Source: Desulfatiglandales bacterium (GTDB lineage Bacteria > Desulfobacterota > DSM-4660 > Desulfatiglandales > HGW-15). From it: a stretch of 64,000 nucleotides of DNA. Both the position numbers and the translations under genes were made by a program. The notes beneath the pieces are model-generated. The model worked only from the letters and a program-made list of their open reading frames with translations, searched no databases and had not been told where the DNA came from. The number at the start of each line of letters is the position of its first letter. The stretch's first letter is position 1. Location: NCBI GenBank assembly GCA_963667015.2, contig CAXXJJ010000001.1, positions 1,088,001 to 1,152,000 on the forward strand, read 5' to 3'. This document shows positions 22,801-32,388 of this stretch, in pieces.

Positions 22801-23310
22801 ACCAGTTACATATGGGGGATAGTTGGCGATGAAGACGGCACATTCTATGCTGCACCTGGTTATGTGTCAAATGGTAAACCTATCGAGCTGACTCCAGGGA
22901 GTGTATATTCAATAGGGACCGCGGGTCGTACAATCAATGCCGCATTCACAGCTGGCCAAGCTGGTGAAGTGCAAACTGTTAATCTCACTGATCCAGGGGA
23001 AGGGGGAACGCCTTCAAACATTACCTATCTTACGGGATTCTTAACGGATAATGCAGGAGATCCTATAGCGGTTGGTACTTTCTTATACTTACAACTCCAG
23101 GGATCAACCAGTTACATATGGGGGATAGTTGGCGATGAAGACGGCACATTCTATGCTGCACCTGGTTATGTGTCAAATGGTAAACCTATCGAGCTGACTC
23201 CAGGGAGTGTATATTCAATAGGGACCGCGGGTCGTACAATCAATGCCGCATTCACAGCTGGCCAAGCTGGTGAAGTGCAAACTGTTATTCTCACTGACCC
23301 AGGGGAATAA
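19888..23310 (+). CDS. Large acidic surface lipoprotein with beta-sandwich domains and three C-terminal 102-aa repeats
   Basis: SD GGAGG; lipobox ITGC; D/E/T/G-rich; LWYYDE...W and VSHFS motifs; tandem repeats. Confidence 0.8.
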   Translation: MKLKKLKNLKFSFMSIVAFMAIMLITGCGDETTVGEKTGGSGSGAVQEAGYYDIVGTVVNDADDPIEHVFIDIIDFVMTDGGEEPFVASVRSDGNGEFGIRIPGENAVRQVTVRFTFQDCVTYVRDVAVTRNDEVDLETITLTVMSQKTIEDSTIENTLADNVRANAYVTIGADALRYSDGTTFTTVVAEDEDPITATVAIGYVDTTAAPGLFPDNLYSMVNGSLKLFSTYGILEIKVTTDGGNTKLSLGAGQTATISIPIGELVNVNDPDFPATVDLWYYDEDAAEWVLEQEDGLTYDAGTRSFTGVVSHFSAFNAGYTFESRYVQAAVIDDRGMTCPSEEYDEEDQCTVDEVPYLLPLPGSTVKIFTDTFSPYGVWNATYTAGSDGKIPDSMNPSIAGLLYHDEDGYFLPVPGIGNLMAFMEYTNPTTDEPGSEGPDLIEFEEGKASHDYLLSLSTSAYLAGSVEYEDGDETFPKRFFAIFEYDPESTDSPAAGGTFGGTISWIGITTDGKIDQFNSGVLEGTLLANAGAETTYAVANNDWFSTTTYQGGFSPAVDVYLGGNPVEKDPLFGYPLITTGKIGDVTNLRVVLPSPPGDVVYTHINGSIVIPDGVDDPTKLWVVVETTFNDRPITVRASVDADGNWPADDGTFNPFTVPGVEGLFIQVPAEADITITVGDYVTNPLTPKIYYTYDYTSLDEGEVGEDGTITTYTTDTFIPAPNATIDGQVTYNAELGADLRIVFTKENPGEDDTPVTVTTSGSGKFSANLEFDTDYIIEIWDDTDPLYPVSIYSDYYTSNPDGEVGYITDNTNDPVVVGLIQIGDEYIPAGFPYDPILPAGSTGLGGTLMDNAGDPIAVGTFLYLQLQGSTSYIWGIVGDEDGTFYAAPGYVSNGRPIELTPGSVYSIGTAGRTINAAFTAGQAGEVQIVNLTDPGEGGTPSNIAYITGALMDNAGDPIAVGTFLYLQLQGSTSYIWGIVGDEDGTFYAAPGYVSNGKPIELTPGSVYSIGTAGRTINAAFTAGQAGEVQTVNLTDPGEGGTPSNITYLTGFLTDNAGDPIAVGTFLYLQLQGSTSYIWGIVGDEDGTFYAAPGYVSNGKPIELTPGSVYSIGTAGRTINAAFTAGQAGEVQTVILTDPGE
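22427..23307 (+). repeat. Three near-identical 306-bp tandem repeats inside the surface protein gene
   Basis: Units start at ~22427, 22733 and 23039 and encode DNAGDPIAVGTFLYLQLQGSTSYIWG... Confidence 0.95.
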
Positions 23311-23412
23311 TAGGAAATTTAATCAATTATGCCATCAGCTTAGGCTGATGGCATAGCAACAGTTTAAACTTTTAATATAGAAATCTATATCTCTAAATAA
23401 GGAGGATTATTT

Positions 23413-26271
23413 ATGGGAGGAAAAAGTTTACGCAAGAGCTGCTTAACCTTCTGCATGGCCCTGGCTGTCGGCATGTGTGGTCAGGTTTTTGCTCAGGACG
23501 ATGAAGAGTTTACACTTGAGGAAATTGTTGTAACAGCGGAAAAGAGGGAAGCAGAACTGCAGAAGATACCAATGGATATCTCGGTTGTAAGGCCTGAGGA
23601 GTTGGAACGCCTCAATGTTCATCAGGTTGAAGACCTTGATAAGCTCCTGCCTGATTTGAAGATCACCAGGTCACAGGGTGGCCTGCTTAAAATTCAGATG
23701 CGTGATGTTGGAGGGAATACAGCAGGCAGAGGCGGTGTTACCACAGATTACGATAATCCTACTCAGGAAACAACGGTTGCTGTGCATGTAGACGGTGCCC
23801 AGCTTACAAGAAGTGATGGCCTTGAAGGAAAGCTCTATGACCTTGAGCGTGTTGAAACCCTTAAGGGTCCTCAGGGTACTCTTTATGGAAGAGGTTCTAT
23901 TTCAGGCAGCATTAACCTGGTAAGCAAAAGGCCTGATATAGGCAACTTTGGCGGGAATCTGACCTTTGAATATGGAAGTTATGACCGCCGCCGTTTTCAA
24001 GCGGGCTTTAACATTCCTGCTACCGAAAAGCTGGCGTTTCGTTTGTCCGGTAACATCATATCTCGAGAAGGTTATGATGATGCTGGTGTAAGTAATCAGA
24101 ATATGTGGGGTCTTCGCGGGTCAATGAGATGGGAGCCTACTGATACCCAATCTCTGGTTGTGGCACTTGATACAGACCGCACAAAGAACAGAAACGGTGA
24201 CAGTACCGGTTTTATGTGGGGTACTGTTGGTGATCTGGAAATAGTTCCTAACCCTGATCCGGGTTTGCCGGAATCATATGCTCCCTATAATAAAGGCGGT
24301 TTAATAGATTCAGCCTATAAGGTTAAATGGTGGCTGGGTGATCTGAGTCCTGAGATAACTGATCAGCAATATACCAACAACAAGTCATGGGGGATTAACG
24401 CGACATATGACAGGGAGTTTGAATATTCGTATTTAACCTTACAGACCAGCTACAGGTCACAAAATAATGTGAGAAGTTATATTAATGTGTCCGATACCAA
24501 GCCTGAATTAATGCCGGTTGGGACCAGATTGACCCAATCAAGAAATCCTGCCCGAACCTATGATCCTGATACTGGCTTATTTACTGAGGCTGCTGATACC
24601 AGTGATGAAGATGTAGAGGATATGACTGTAACGGATGTTCCGCTAACTCCGGAGCTTGAGCCTATTCAGGGATATACAATCAGCCGTTCTCAAACTTATG
24701 ATTATAGTATTCCCGGAAATACGCCTGTGACACAGATAATGCTTGTGCCTTCGACAAGTCCTCCTTATTTGAGTAATTATAGTGAAACTTCCGGTAAAAC
24801 CTTCAGCGCCGAGGCTCGTCTTGCGTCGGTGACAACAGTGGCCGGCGGTGATAAGTATGAGTGGATAGGTGGCGCTATGTATATGCAGGATACAGTTCTT
24901 GAACAAGCATCAATTACAAATAGCGCATACAGAAGGAATATCCTTGATGAAAAAGCCCTGTTTGCTCAGGCATCATACGCGCCTTTTTGGGGGCTGAATT
25001 TTACCGGTGGTTACAGGTTAACATGGGATCAGAAATCTTTTTATGGAAAGACGAATTCAGGAGGTGCAGGCACCGCTCAATCTGCCAGAAACAACAATGA
25101 GAGATTTGCACTGCCGCTTGATCTTAGTGATGCAGTAAACTCCTCATATAAATGGCGGCATCAGACCTATAAGCTGAATCTTTCATGGCAGGCAACTGAA
25201 AATATTATGCCCTATATTCAATATTCAAAAGGTGTAAAAACCGGTAATATTGACGGGCAAGGCAACTCCGTTGATCCTGAAACTCTTAGTTCATATGAAG
25301 GCGGCATGAGAACCAGGTTGTTTAATGGAAGGCTGCAGATTAATGCCACAGGATATTATTATGAGTATAAAAACAGCATGGCAAGTGCTACTATTTATCA
25401 GTGTCTGAGACCTCAGGAGAGAGGTGAGACCAATACCTGTTTAAATGCCGCAGGAAATGCCGATTCCTGGGCGGGTTTTATGGTAAGGCCAAATGTTCAT
25501 ATGCCTATTGACCCTAACGATATTTCCAAAGGTTACAGGTTTATAAGCGGCGCAGCGGTAAATATCGGTGGAACAGAACAAAAAGGCGCTAATCTTAATG
25601 TCACATGGCTTATTACACCTAATGACACCATTAATATTACAGCGTCAAAATCCATAAACAAATATGTGGACTACAGCATGTTCAGAGCACAAAGTGAGTA
25701 TGCCCAAAGAATGTGGGGAGAATATGATGGTGAAACAATCATAGTTGATGGCGAACCGCAAATAGTAGAAACTTACGCTGACTCCGGCAAAAGTACTTTC
25801 ATGCGTGTATATGATGACTGGAATGGTGAAGAGTTTGGTGGTGGTTATAACGGTAATGTGTCTTATAACCACACATGGTTCCTTGGAACAGACACTCTTT
25901 CGCTTAATACCACTGGTTTTTATACTGGCCCGGGCATTGATCAGGTAATGAGACCTTCACAGTCATCCGGCAGCGGCGAATGGGGAGATTTAGAATATAG
26001 TCTGCCGGGGAATCCTTCTTATTGGATGTGGGACGCCTCTATTACTTTTAACTCAACGAAATGGGTTGGTGCGGGTAAACGGTGGAGCCTGCGTTTTTAT
26101 GTCAATAATGTTCTCGAAAAAAAGATTATTGGCAGACGTTTTCAAGATAATATTGGCGACATAGGTTTCTATTGGGGTGAGTATGATGTCTTAATGCCTG
26201 ACTCATATCTTGTTACGTACACGTTTGCGGAGCCAAGAACAATGGGGCTCACATTTACCTTGAATTTCTAA
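23413..26271 (+). CDS. TonB-dependent outer-membrane receptor
   Basis: Signal peptide, TonB box LEEIVVTAEKRE, plug motif ERVETLKGPQGTLYGRG, C-terminal PRTMGLTFTLNF. Confidence 0.93.
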   Translation: MGGKSLRKSCLTFCMALAVGMCGQVFAQDDEEFTLEEIVVTAEKREAELQKIPMDISVVRPEELERLNVHQVEDLDKLLPDLKITRSQGGLLKIQMRDVGGNTAGRGGVTTDYDNPTQETTVAVHVDGAQLTRSDGLEGKLYDLERVETLKGPQGTLYGRGSISGSINLVSKRPDIGNFGGNLTFEYGSYDRRRFQAGFNIPATEKLAFRLSGNIISREGYDDAGVSNQNMWGLRGSMRWEPTDTQSLVVALDTDRTKNRNGDSTGFMWGTVGDLEIVPNPDPGLPESYAPYNKGGLIDSAYKVKWWLGDLSPEITDQQYTNNKSWGINATYDREFEYSYLTLQTSYRSQNNVRSYINVSDTKPELMPVGTRLTQSRNPARTYDPDTGLFTEAADTSDEDVEDMTVTDVPLTPELEPIQGYTISRSQTYDYSIPGNTPVTQIMLVPSTSPPYLSNYSETSGKTFSAEARLASVTTVAGGDKYEWIGGAMYMQDTVLEQASITNSAYRRNILDEKALFAQASYAPFWGLNFTGGYRLTWDQKSFYGKTNSGGAGTAQSARNNNERFALPLDLSDAVNSSYKWRHQTYKLNLSWQATENIMPYIQYSKGVKTGNIDGQGNSVDPETLSSYEGGMRTRLFNGRLQINATGYYYEYKNSMASATIYQCLRPQERGETNTCLNAAGNADSWAGFMVRPNVHMPIDPNDISKGYRFISGAAVNIGGTEQKGANLNVTWLITPNDTINITASKSINKYVDYSMFRAQSEYAQRMWGEYDGETIIVDGEPQIVETYADSGKSTFMRVYDDWNGEEFGGGYNGNVSYNHTWFLGTDTLSLNTTGFYTGPGIDQVMRPSQSSGSGEWGDLEYSLPGNPSYWMWDASITFNSTKWVGAGKRWSLRFYVNNVLEKKIIGRRFQDNIGDIGFYWGEYDVLMPDSYLVTYTFAEPRTMGLTFTLNF

Positions 26272-26389
26272 AAAAGGTTTTATTGTCGTAACCTCGAATG
26301 GAGTTATGTAAGGCCGACGCCTTAAAAAAGCGTTGGCCTTATTTTTTGTTTTCTGGTAAGATTTAAAAAAGATAAAAAAGGAGGAAAAA

Positions 26390-26878
26390 ATGAAATCACT
26401 ATTATTAACATTGACGATATTGATAATATCTTCGGCCGCGTTTGCTTCAGATATAGATGTAAGCGGAAGATGGACTGGAACGCAGGGAAACAATACCATA
26501 AGCTTTGAGTTCTTAGCTGATGGTAAAAAGCTTGAAGGTTTATCTCTGGGCTCAGGGGCAGGGGATGAAAGAACGGTGATAGTAAAAGGCAAGGTTAAAT
26601 CAAGTAAAAAAAAGGGCACGGAGATAAGTTTTGAAGTGCCTTTTAACACCGGCGGAGCCAAGATGAGTAGAGTTTATAAAGGCGAGGTGTTAGACGAAAA
26701 TACTATTGAGCTTACCTTAAAAATAAAGACAAGAGGGGCAAGAAAGCCGGGATTTGGGGGCTTTAATGATGGCTTTAGCGGCAGCGGCGGCGGCATGAGC
26801 GGCGGATTCAGTTCAGGCTTTGGCGGCGGCAGCAGTACTGAGACAAAATTTGTGATAAGGCGCGTAGCTAAATTCTAG
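26390..26878 (+). CDS. Exported hypothetical protein with Gly-rich C-terminal segment
   Basis: SD GGAGG, signal peptide AFA, DVSGRWTG beta-barrel-like start. Confidence 0.65.
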   Translation: MKSLLLTLTILIISSAAFASDIDVSGRWTGTQGNNTISFEFLADGKKLEGLSLGSGAGDERTVIVKGKVKSSKKKGTEISFEVPFNTGGAKMSRVYKGEVLDENTIELTLKIKTRGARKPGFGGFNDGFSGSGGGMSGGFSSGFGGGSSTETKFVIRRVAKF

Positions 26879-26908
26879 ATATTAACTTTTTTATTTTTCT
26901 TTTATCTA

Positions 26909-26946
26909 AAAAGGCGTTCGGGTTTATAACGAACGCCTTTTCTTTT
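26909..26946. terminator. Bidirectional intrinsic terminator between convergent genes
   Basis: AAAAGGCGTTCG-GGTTTATAA-CGAACGCCTTTT. Confidence 0.75.
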
Positions 26947-26971
26947 AACAACACAAATGAACAGCTGTCTA

Positions 26972-27541
26972 TTATTTTGGCTGCTGTAACTGTTGCGACT
27001 TTTGTGCCCACTCGGCTGCTTTAGTCTGATCTGCAGTTATGCCGTATTTGCCATTTTTATATATATAGGCAAGATATTCTGCTGAGCGGGGATGCCCCAT
27101 TTCGGCCGCTTTTTCAAGCCATCTCAGGCATTGGCCGGATTCGGAATCTCCGCCCCAGTTAAGGCACATATATCCCATATTATACATTGCTTTCTCATCA
27201 CCCAGCGAGGCAAGTTCATGGTTAAGGTCTACAGCAAGCTTCTTGGCATCCTCATCCCCCTGCTTTGCTGCATCCATTATCATCGCCAGGCCTTTATTCG
27301 TATCCTTCTCAACGCCGGTTCCCCTAAAAATCAACGGAGCAAGAAGAGTTTTAGCCCGGACATTATTCTTTTCGGCAAGGGGTTCAAGCAGTTCGGCGGC
27401 CTTTTTATAGTCTTTCTTGACTAAGGCCACCATGGCATCACCAAGAGACTTATCAAGTGGGTCCGTGTTTTCCGCGTTTGCAGAAAACTGAAACATAAGA
27501 CAAAAAAGCAAAGACATTATAACAAACCTAGTGATTTTCAT
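26972..27541 (-). CDS. Exported Sel1-repeat protein
   Basis: Signal peptide; AMYNMGYMC, WLEKAAEMGH, LAYIYKNG Sel1 patterns. Confidence 0.8.
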   Translation of the reverse strand: MKITRFVIMSLLFCLMFQFSANAENTDPLDKSLGDAMVALVKKDYKKAAELLEPLAEKNNVRAKTLLAPLIFRGTGVEKDTNKGLAMIMDAAKQGDEDAKKLAVDLNHELASLGDEKAMYNMGYMCLNWGGDSESGQCLRWLEKAAEMGHPRSAEYLAYIYKNGKYGITADQTKAAEWAQKSQQLQQPK

Positions 27542-27624
27542 TTTTTCCTCCTAATAATATAGGGATTTTCTTTTTAGAGAGCAGCGTTGACCAGGTATTG
27601 CCGCTCCCGGCTTTCTCTTTTAAA

Positions 27625-28131
27625 TTACCCGCCTAATATCCGATTCTTAATGACAGGTATTATATCGCTGCTTTCAATTTTATATATCCGTTCAATTACA
27701 TATTTCTGGCCCCCTATCCCTACAAGGTCCTTCTTAGCTCTGAGGACATTAAGCATATTGACAAAAGAAATGGTGTCCACTTCCAGTAAATTGTAAGCGG
27801 GTCTTTGCAGTACCAGCAGGTAGTATTCATCCTGCCCGTTCCTGAGTATCAATGATTGAATATCCAATTTGATCCATTCGTCTTTATTTTCACTCAATGT
27901 AAATGTATCACGCTTGGTAATAGAATCACCTATAAACTCATCGTGATCTTTAATTATTAAGAAACTCGGTGCCCTCCCGCCTCCTCCTATTCGCATGTCC
28001 CGTATCTCTGGTACCTGTTCAAGTTTATCACCCAGATCATACTTTACCGGGAGTACTACTTGCTTTGTTGCACAGGCTGAAACCAGTAAGAAACCGATTA
28101 AAAGACCTATTATGCCAAGATTTATTCTCAT
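27625..28131 (-). CDS. Hypothetical lipoprotein
   Basis: Lipobox VSAC; 168-aa ORF with SD GGAG. Confidence 0.65.
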   Translation of the reverse strand: MRINLGIIGLLIGFLLVSACATKQVVLPVKYDLGDKLEQVPEIRDMRIGGGGRAPSFLIIKDHDEFIGDSITKRDTFTLSENKDEWIKLDIQSLILRNGQDEYYLLVLQRPAYNLLEVDTISFVNMLNVLRAKKDLVGIGGQKYVIERIYKIESSDIIPVIKNRILGG

Positions 28132-29143
28132 GTTCCCGCTCCTTTATATATTATAATTTTAAATACCATGTCCGTTTGCAGCGGGTATAAAAGTGATGTT
28201 ATAACCCTGCATTATTGAAATAGGAAAAGCGTCGCATTTTATATATATTTGGTATCGTATATATATTTGATTTTGATAAGAGTAGTTTTTTGAAAAAGAA
28301 AAGTATATGGAGTTTGGCGTTGTATGTCAATGGAAAATCAAGAAACCAGACTCTTCCAAAGGGGAGTATTTTCCTTTTAAAAAAACAATTAAAAGACTTA
28401 TCCTGCCCAAATTTATTTTTTTTATGTCACTGCTCCTTTTATAATTATGATTTTTAATGTCCTGTCCGCTTGTGGCTGGTATAAAAGCAATATTATGAAC
28501 CTGAGAACATCGTTACCGGGTCTTTGAGACCACAGTCACGCGGTAGCGTGACTTCAAAATCCGGTAACGAATAATATGGTGGCTTCAAATTTTTGTCAAG
28601 TTTTGTATATGTGAAATAGGGCGAATAATGCGCAAAAAGCAAAAATATTGATCAAAATATAATTATTTTTCAAAATAATGTTTTCTATTGGCAGTTTTTA
28701 GGGGTATTTTGTTTGCAGATAAAATTAAATCCTGGTTTTCTTTTCAGCCCTTTTATTATTGAATTTTGAAAAGTATATTTACCCAATAACCTGTATTTGA
28801 AAAATATAATTTGTTATTTTAACTGCCTGTCTTTATGAGGCACAAATTGATTTTTTCATTTATCCGGGATGACAATGATGATTTTTTTAAAAAATTGTTT
28901 TTACAGGTTGTTTTTTTATTAATTTTATAATAAGTATTCACTCGTTATTAGAGGTTTTATTCTTTAAAATGCCTTTTTACATAAGCTCCGGGCATACTTT
29001 TTTATTTCGGAAATAATTTATAGACATAATTTGTTTTTTTTGAAATTATGTTTGTAATTTTAAAATTTAAATATATAATGGATTTTTTAAAAAAAGGTAA
29101 TCATTTAAACTTAAAGGAAATTGGCAGAAATAGGAGAATCAAA

Positions 29144-29905
29144 ATGATCAAACGTATTTTATGGGCAACGGCACTTTTTACGCTGGTTGGGTTTGGCACA
29201 GCCTTTGCGCAGGATAGTCCTGACGCAGTTCATAAGAAGGTGTCAAATGCCATCGAAACAGAATCCAAGGCACAGGAAAAGGCGGATAACTGGAATTGGG
29301 AAAAATCACCTATTTTGGACGATATAAGGGATTTAAAATATCGTGTCACGTGGAAGCAGTACAGGCAGCAGAAGTACAGGAATTATATCAAGGGTGTAGA
29401 AGAGAGTATTGAGCGCCTGAAGTTCAAAAAAGAAGAGATTAACAAACTGCGTGAACAGCTTGAGCCTTATCTGGAAAGTGTAGTAGACAGAATGGAAGCC
29501 TTTGTGAAAAATGATTTGCCATTTCTGCCTGAAGATAGACAAAGACGTATTGACGGCTTAAGAGGTTCTCTTAACAGCTACACTACTGCGTTGAGTGAAA
29601 AGATGCGCAGAGTTTTCGCGTTAGGTCTTCAGGTTGAAGCCGAGTTTGGAAGAATGAAAGAATCTCAGGAAGATGTAACCCTGAATCTCGATGGAATTGA
29701 GACCCAGGTAACATTATTCAGACTGGGCAGGATTGCTAAATACTATATGTCCATTGATGGAAGACAGATAGGTGCATGGAATAAGGATTCCGGAAAATGG
29801 GAAGCCGTATCAAATGATCAGCTTAAAGAATTTAAGCGTGGATTTGATATGGTACTACAGAAAAGAGCAGCAGAAATCGTCGAACTTCCTTTAGGAGCTA
29901 TATAG
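29144..29905 (+). CDS. DUF3450-type periplasmic coiled-coil protein of a TonB2-type system
   Basis: Likely start 29144 (SD GGAG, signal peptide AFA); DLPFL..R..R, SEKMRR, FRLGRI motifs; operon position. Confidence 0.8.
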   Translation: MIKRILWATALFTLVGFGTAFAQDSPDAVHKKVSNAIETESKAQEKADNWNWEKSPILDDIRDLKYRVTWKQYRQQKYRNYIKGVEESIERLKFKKEEINKLREQLEPYLESVVDRMEAFVKNDLPFLPEDRQRRIDGLRGSLNSYTTALSEKMRRVFALGLQVEAEFGRMKESQEDVTLNLDGIETQVTLFRLGRIAKYYMSIDGRQIGAWNKDSGKWEAVSNDQLKEFKRGFDMVLQKRAAEIVELPLGAI

Positions 29906-29907
29906 GT

Positions 29908-31335
29908 ATGTCTAATATAAGTAAAAAAATTATAGTTACGTTATCGGTTCTGGCCTTCCTTATTTTTACAGGGCAGGCTTTTGCTACATCCGAAGGATGG
30001 AAAAAGGTAGCCGAGAATATTGGAAAGGATCAGGACCAGACTCTCGTAGATGTTGCTGAGATGGAAAAATATCTCAAGATGGATAAGACAGCACTCGAGA
30101 AAGAACTTGCCAACCTTAAAGCCCAGGATAAAAAAGAAGGTGATCTTCTTGATAGCCTGACAAACAAATACGAAGCACTCCGTAAGGAGGAGGCTCAGCA
30201 TGAGAAAGATCTTGCGGATGAGCAGAGCGAGATCCAGGCAATTGAAGACAATGTGAGAAATATTGTTAAAGACGCAATAAGCGTAAGCCGCGACAATCCC
30301 ATTACCGCTGAATATCCTGAAAGAAAGGATATACTTCAAGGTATAGCTGACTCCAAACGCTTTCCAGGTATGGACTGGATCAAGACCCTCGTAGAATTCT
30401 ATTTTTCAGAGATGGAAGAGACCGGAAAGATTGTAAGGCGAACCGGCGAATTTGTCGGCCCGGACGGAAGAGCTACAACAGGTGAAATTATCAGAGTCGG
30501 TAGATTTACTTCCTATTTTCGCCTGAACGATGGTACTGTCGGATTCCTCAAACCGGAAGCAGATGGAAGAAGACTGGTTGCCGTAACAGGAGAGGCCCCG
30601 GGCTCAATGCTGAGCGCTATCAAAAAATATTTTGATAAAGAAACCAATATATTACCGGTTGATCTTTCTGATGGAACCTATTTTGTTCAGATGACCAAGA
30701 GTACTACCTTTACTGAGTGGATCGATCAGGGTGGTCCTATAATGTATGCGATCGGTGCAATAGGTCTTCTTGGCATGCTATTTTTCCTTGAACGTATAAT
30801 TGTTCTGGGTACAAAGGCCAAGGCATCAGACAAAGTCATGGCACATATTAAGGATATGGTTGCAAAGTCTAACTTTAGCGAAGCAAAGTCATACTGTTCA
30901 TCAAAGAGCCGCATACCTACATGCCAGATGCTTGACAGTGCACTGGAACATGTCGGGAGTTCTCAGGAAGTAATAGAAAATGCATTACAGGAAGCAGTTT
31001 TGAGGCAGGTTCCAAAACTGGAAAGATTTCTGCCTACACTTGCCCTGTTTGCCGTAATATCTCCCCTGCTTGGCCTTCTTGGTACCGTATCAGGTATGAT
31101 TGATACATTTAAAATAATTACCGAAGTAGGAACCGGAGATCCGGGTATGCTTGCGGGTGGTATTTCAGTAGCCTTGTTGACTACCCAGTTTGGATTGATG
31201 GTCGCCGTTCCAATAATGGTTGTTCATCACTTCCTCAAATCACAGGTAGACAAGATAGTTGTTGATATGCAGGAGAAGGGTACTGCATTTGCCATTACTC
31301 TGATGAAACAGCAACAAAGCGGAACAGCCGAATAA
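29908..31335 (+). CDS. TtpC-like long MotA/TolQ/ExbB proton channel protein
   Basis: N-terminal coiled coil, IIRVGRF, PVDLS; C-terminal SPLLGLLGTVSGMIDTF, GISVALLTTQFGL. Confidence 0.88.
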   Translation: MSNISKKIIVTLSVLAFLIFTGQAFATSEGWKKVAENIGKDQDQTLVDVAEMEKYLKMDKTALEKELANLKAQDKKEGDLLDSLTNKYEALRKEEAQHEKDLADEQSEIQAIEDNVRNIVKDAISVSRDNPITAEYPERKDILQGIADSKRFPGMDWIKTLVEFYFSEMEETGKIVRRTGEFVGPDGRATTGEIIRVGRFTSYFRLNDGTVGFLKPEADGRRLVAVTGEAPGSMLSAIKKYFDKETNILPVDLSDGTYFVQMTKSTTFTEWIDQGGPIMYAIGAIGLLGMLFFLERIIVLGTKAKASDKVMAHIKDMVAKSNFSEAKSYCSSKSRIPTCQMLDSALEHVGSSQEVIENALQEAVLRQVPKLERFLPTLALFAVISPLLGLLGTVSGMIDTFKIITEVGTGDPGMLAGGISVALLTTQFGLMVAVPIMVVHHFLKSQVDKIVVDMQEKGTAFAITLMKQQQSGTAE

Positions 31336-31348
31336 GAGGAGGCCTGAA

Positions 31349-31951
31349 GTGTCCTATGATTTAATAGAAGAAGCCTTAAATCAAATCAGGATTGGCGGAT
31401 GGGTCATGTATCCTCTGTTAATAACCTGCCTGTGGATGTGGTACCTGATTATAAAAAAAACCATGGATATGCGTTTTTATACCAGCGGTTGGCGACCAGT
31501 TCATGAATGTATCAAGAATGCCGGTAAAGAAGGGTTCAAATGCGCTCTCTGGCAAGAGAAGTTAATGGAAGGCTATTTAGCTGAAAAAACCGATGATATT
31601 GAGACAAATGAAGAGATAATGGACGGTATCAAAGCCAGTCATGAATTGTTCGTAAAAAAGGATGTCGGTACTATTGCAATGCTTGCAGGTATTGCTCCAT
31701 TGCTAGGGTTGCTGGGTACTGTAAGCGGCATGATTAGAACTTTTTCGGTTATTGCTGAGTTTGGTACAGGGAACGCAAAGGCACTGGCAGGTGGAATTTC
31801 TGAGGCATTATTAACAACACAGACAGGCCTGGTTGTAGCAGTTCCGGGCCTTTTTGTCGCTACTTTTCTTGCACGCCGCGCAAACGGCCTGCTTGAAAGG
31901 ATGCAGCGTTTCTGCCTAAGAGTGACAAGGTCAGACCTGAGCAATAATTGA
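31349..31951 (+). CDS. exbB: ExbB/TolQ proton channel
   Basis: APLLGLLGTVSGMIRTF, GISEALLTTQTGLVVAVP. Confidence 0.88.
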   Translation: MSYDLIEEALNQIRIGGWVMYPLLITCLWMWYLIIKKTMDMRFYTSGWRPVHECIKNAGKEGFKCALWQEKLMEGYLAEKTDDIETNEEIMDGIKASHELFVKKDVGTIAMLAGIAPLLGLLGTVSGMIRTFSVIAEFGTGNAKALAGGISEALLTTQTGLVVAVPGLFVATFLARRANGLLERMQRFCLRVTRSDLSNN

Positions 31952-31974
31952 TATAAAAGAGGAAGGAAGGCCTT

Positions 31975-32385
31975 ATGAAAAAACTATCATTGGGGATGGA
32001 TAAAAAAACCGACGAGATAGAACTTAATATGTCCCCGTTAATTGATATGATATTTATTCTGCTGATATTCTTTCTGGTTACGACTACATTTGTTAAAGAA
32101 TCCGGTGTAGAGGTTAACCGTCCGGTAGCATCATCGGCAGTAGCAAAAGAAGAAACCAATATGGTCATTGGGGTAACAAAGGAAGGAATGGTGTGGATAG
32201 AAAACCAGCCTATTGATATACGCTCCGTACGCTCCAGAATGGAACGATTTAAACATGAAAATCCCGATGGAAATGTAGTTATTACCGCAGATAAAGACAG
32301 CCTTTTTGGAGTGGCCATTGAGGTTCTTGATCAGGTAAGGCTTGCACAAATTAAAAATGTTGTTGTAGCTGCAACGAAAGAGTAA
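31975..32385 (+). CDS. exbD: ExbD/TolR biopolymer transport protein
   Basis: NMSPLIDMIFILLIFFLVTTTF; VVITADKD. Confidence 0.92.
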   Translation: MKKLSLGMDKKTDEIELNMSPLIDMIFILLIFFLVTTTFVKESGVEVNRPVASSAVAKEETNMVIGVTKEGMVWIENQPIDIRSVRSRMERFKHENPDGNVVITADKDSLFGVAIEVLDQVRLAQIKNVVVAATKE

Positions 32386-32388
32386 TTA

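Noticed and set aside
22427..23307. CRISPR array or DGR template/variable repeats
   Set aside because: In-frame coding repeats with no spacers; differences are not adenine-specific and no reverse transcriptase is present
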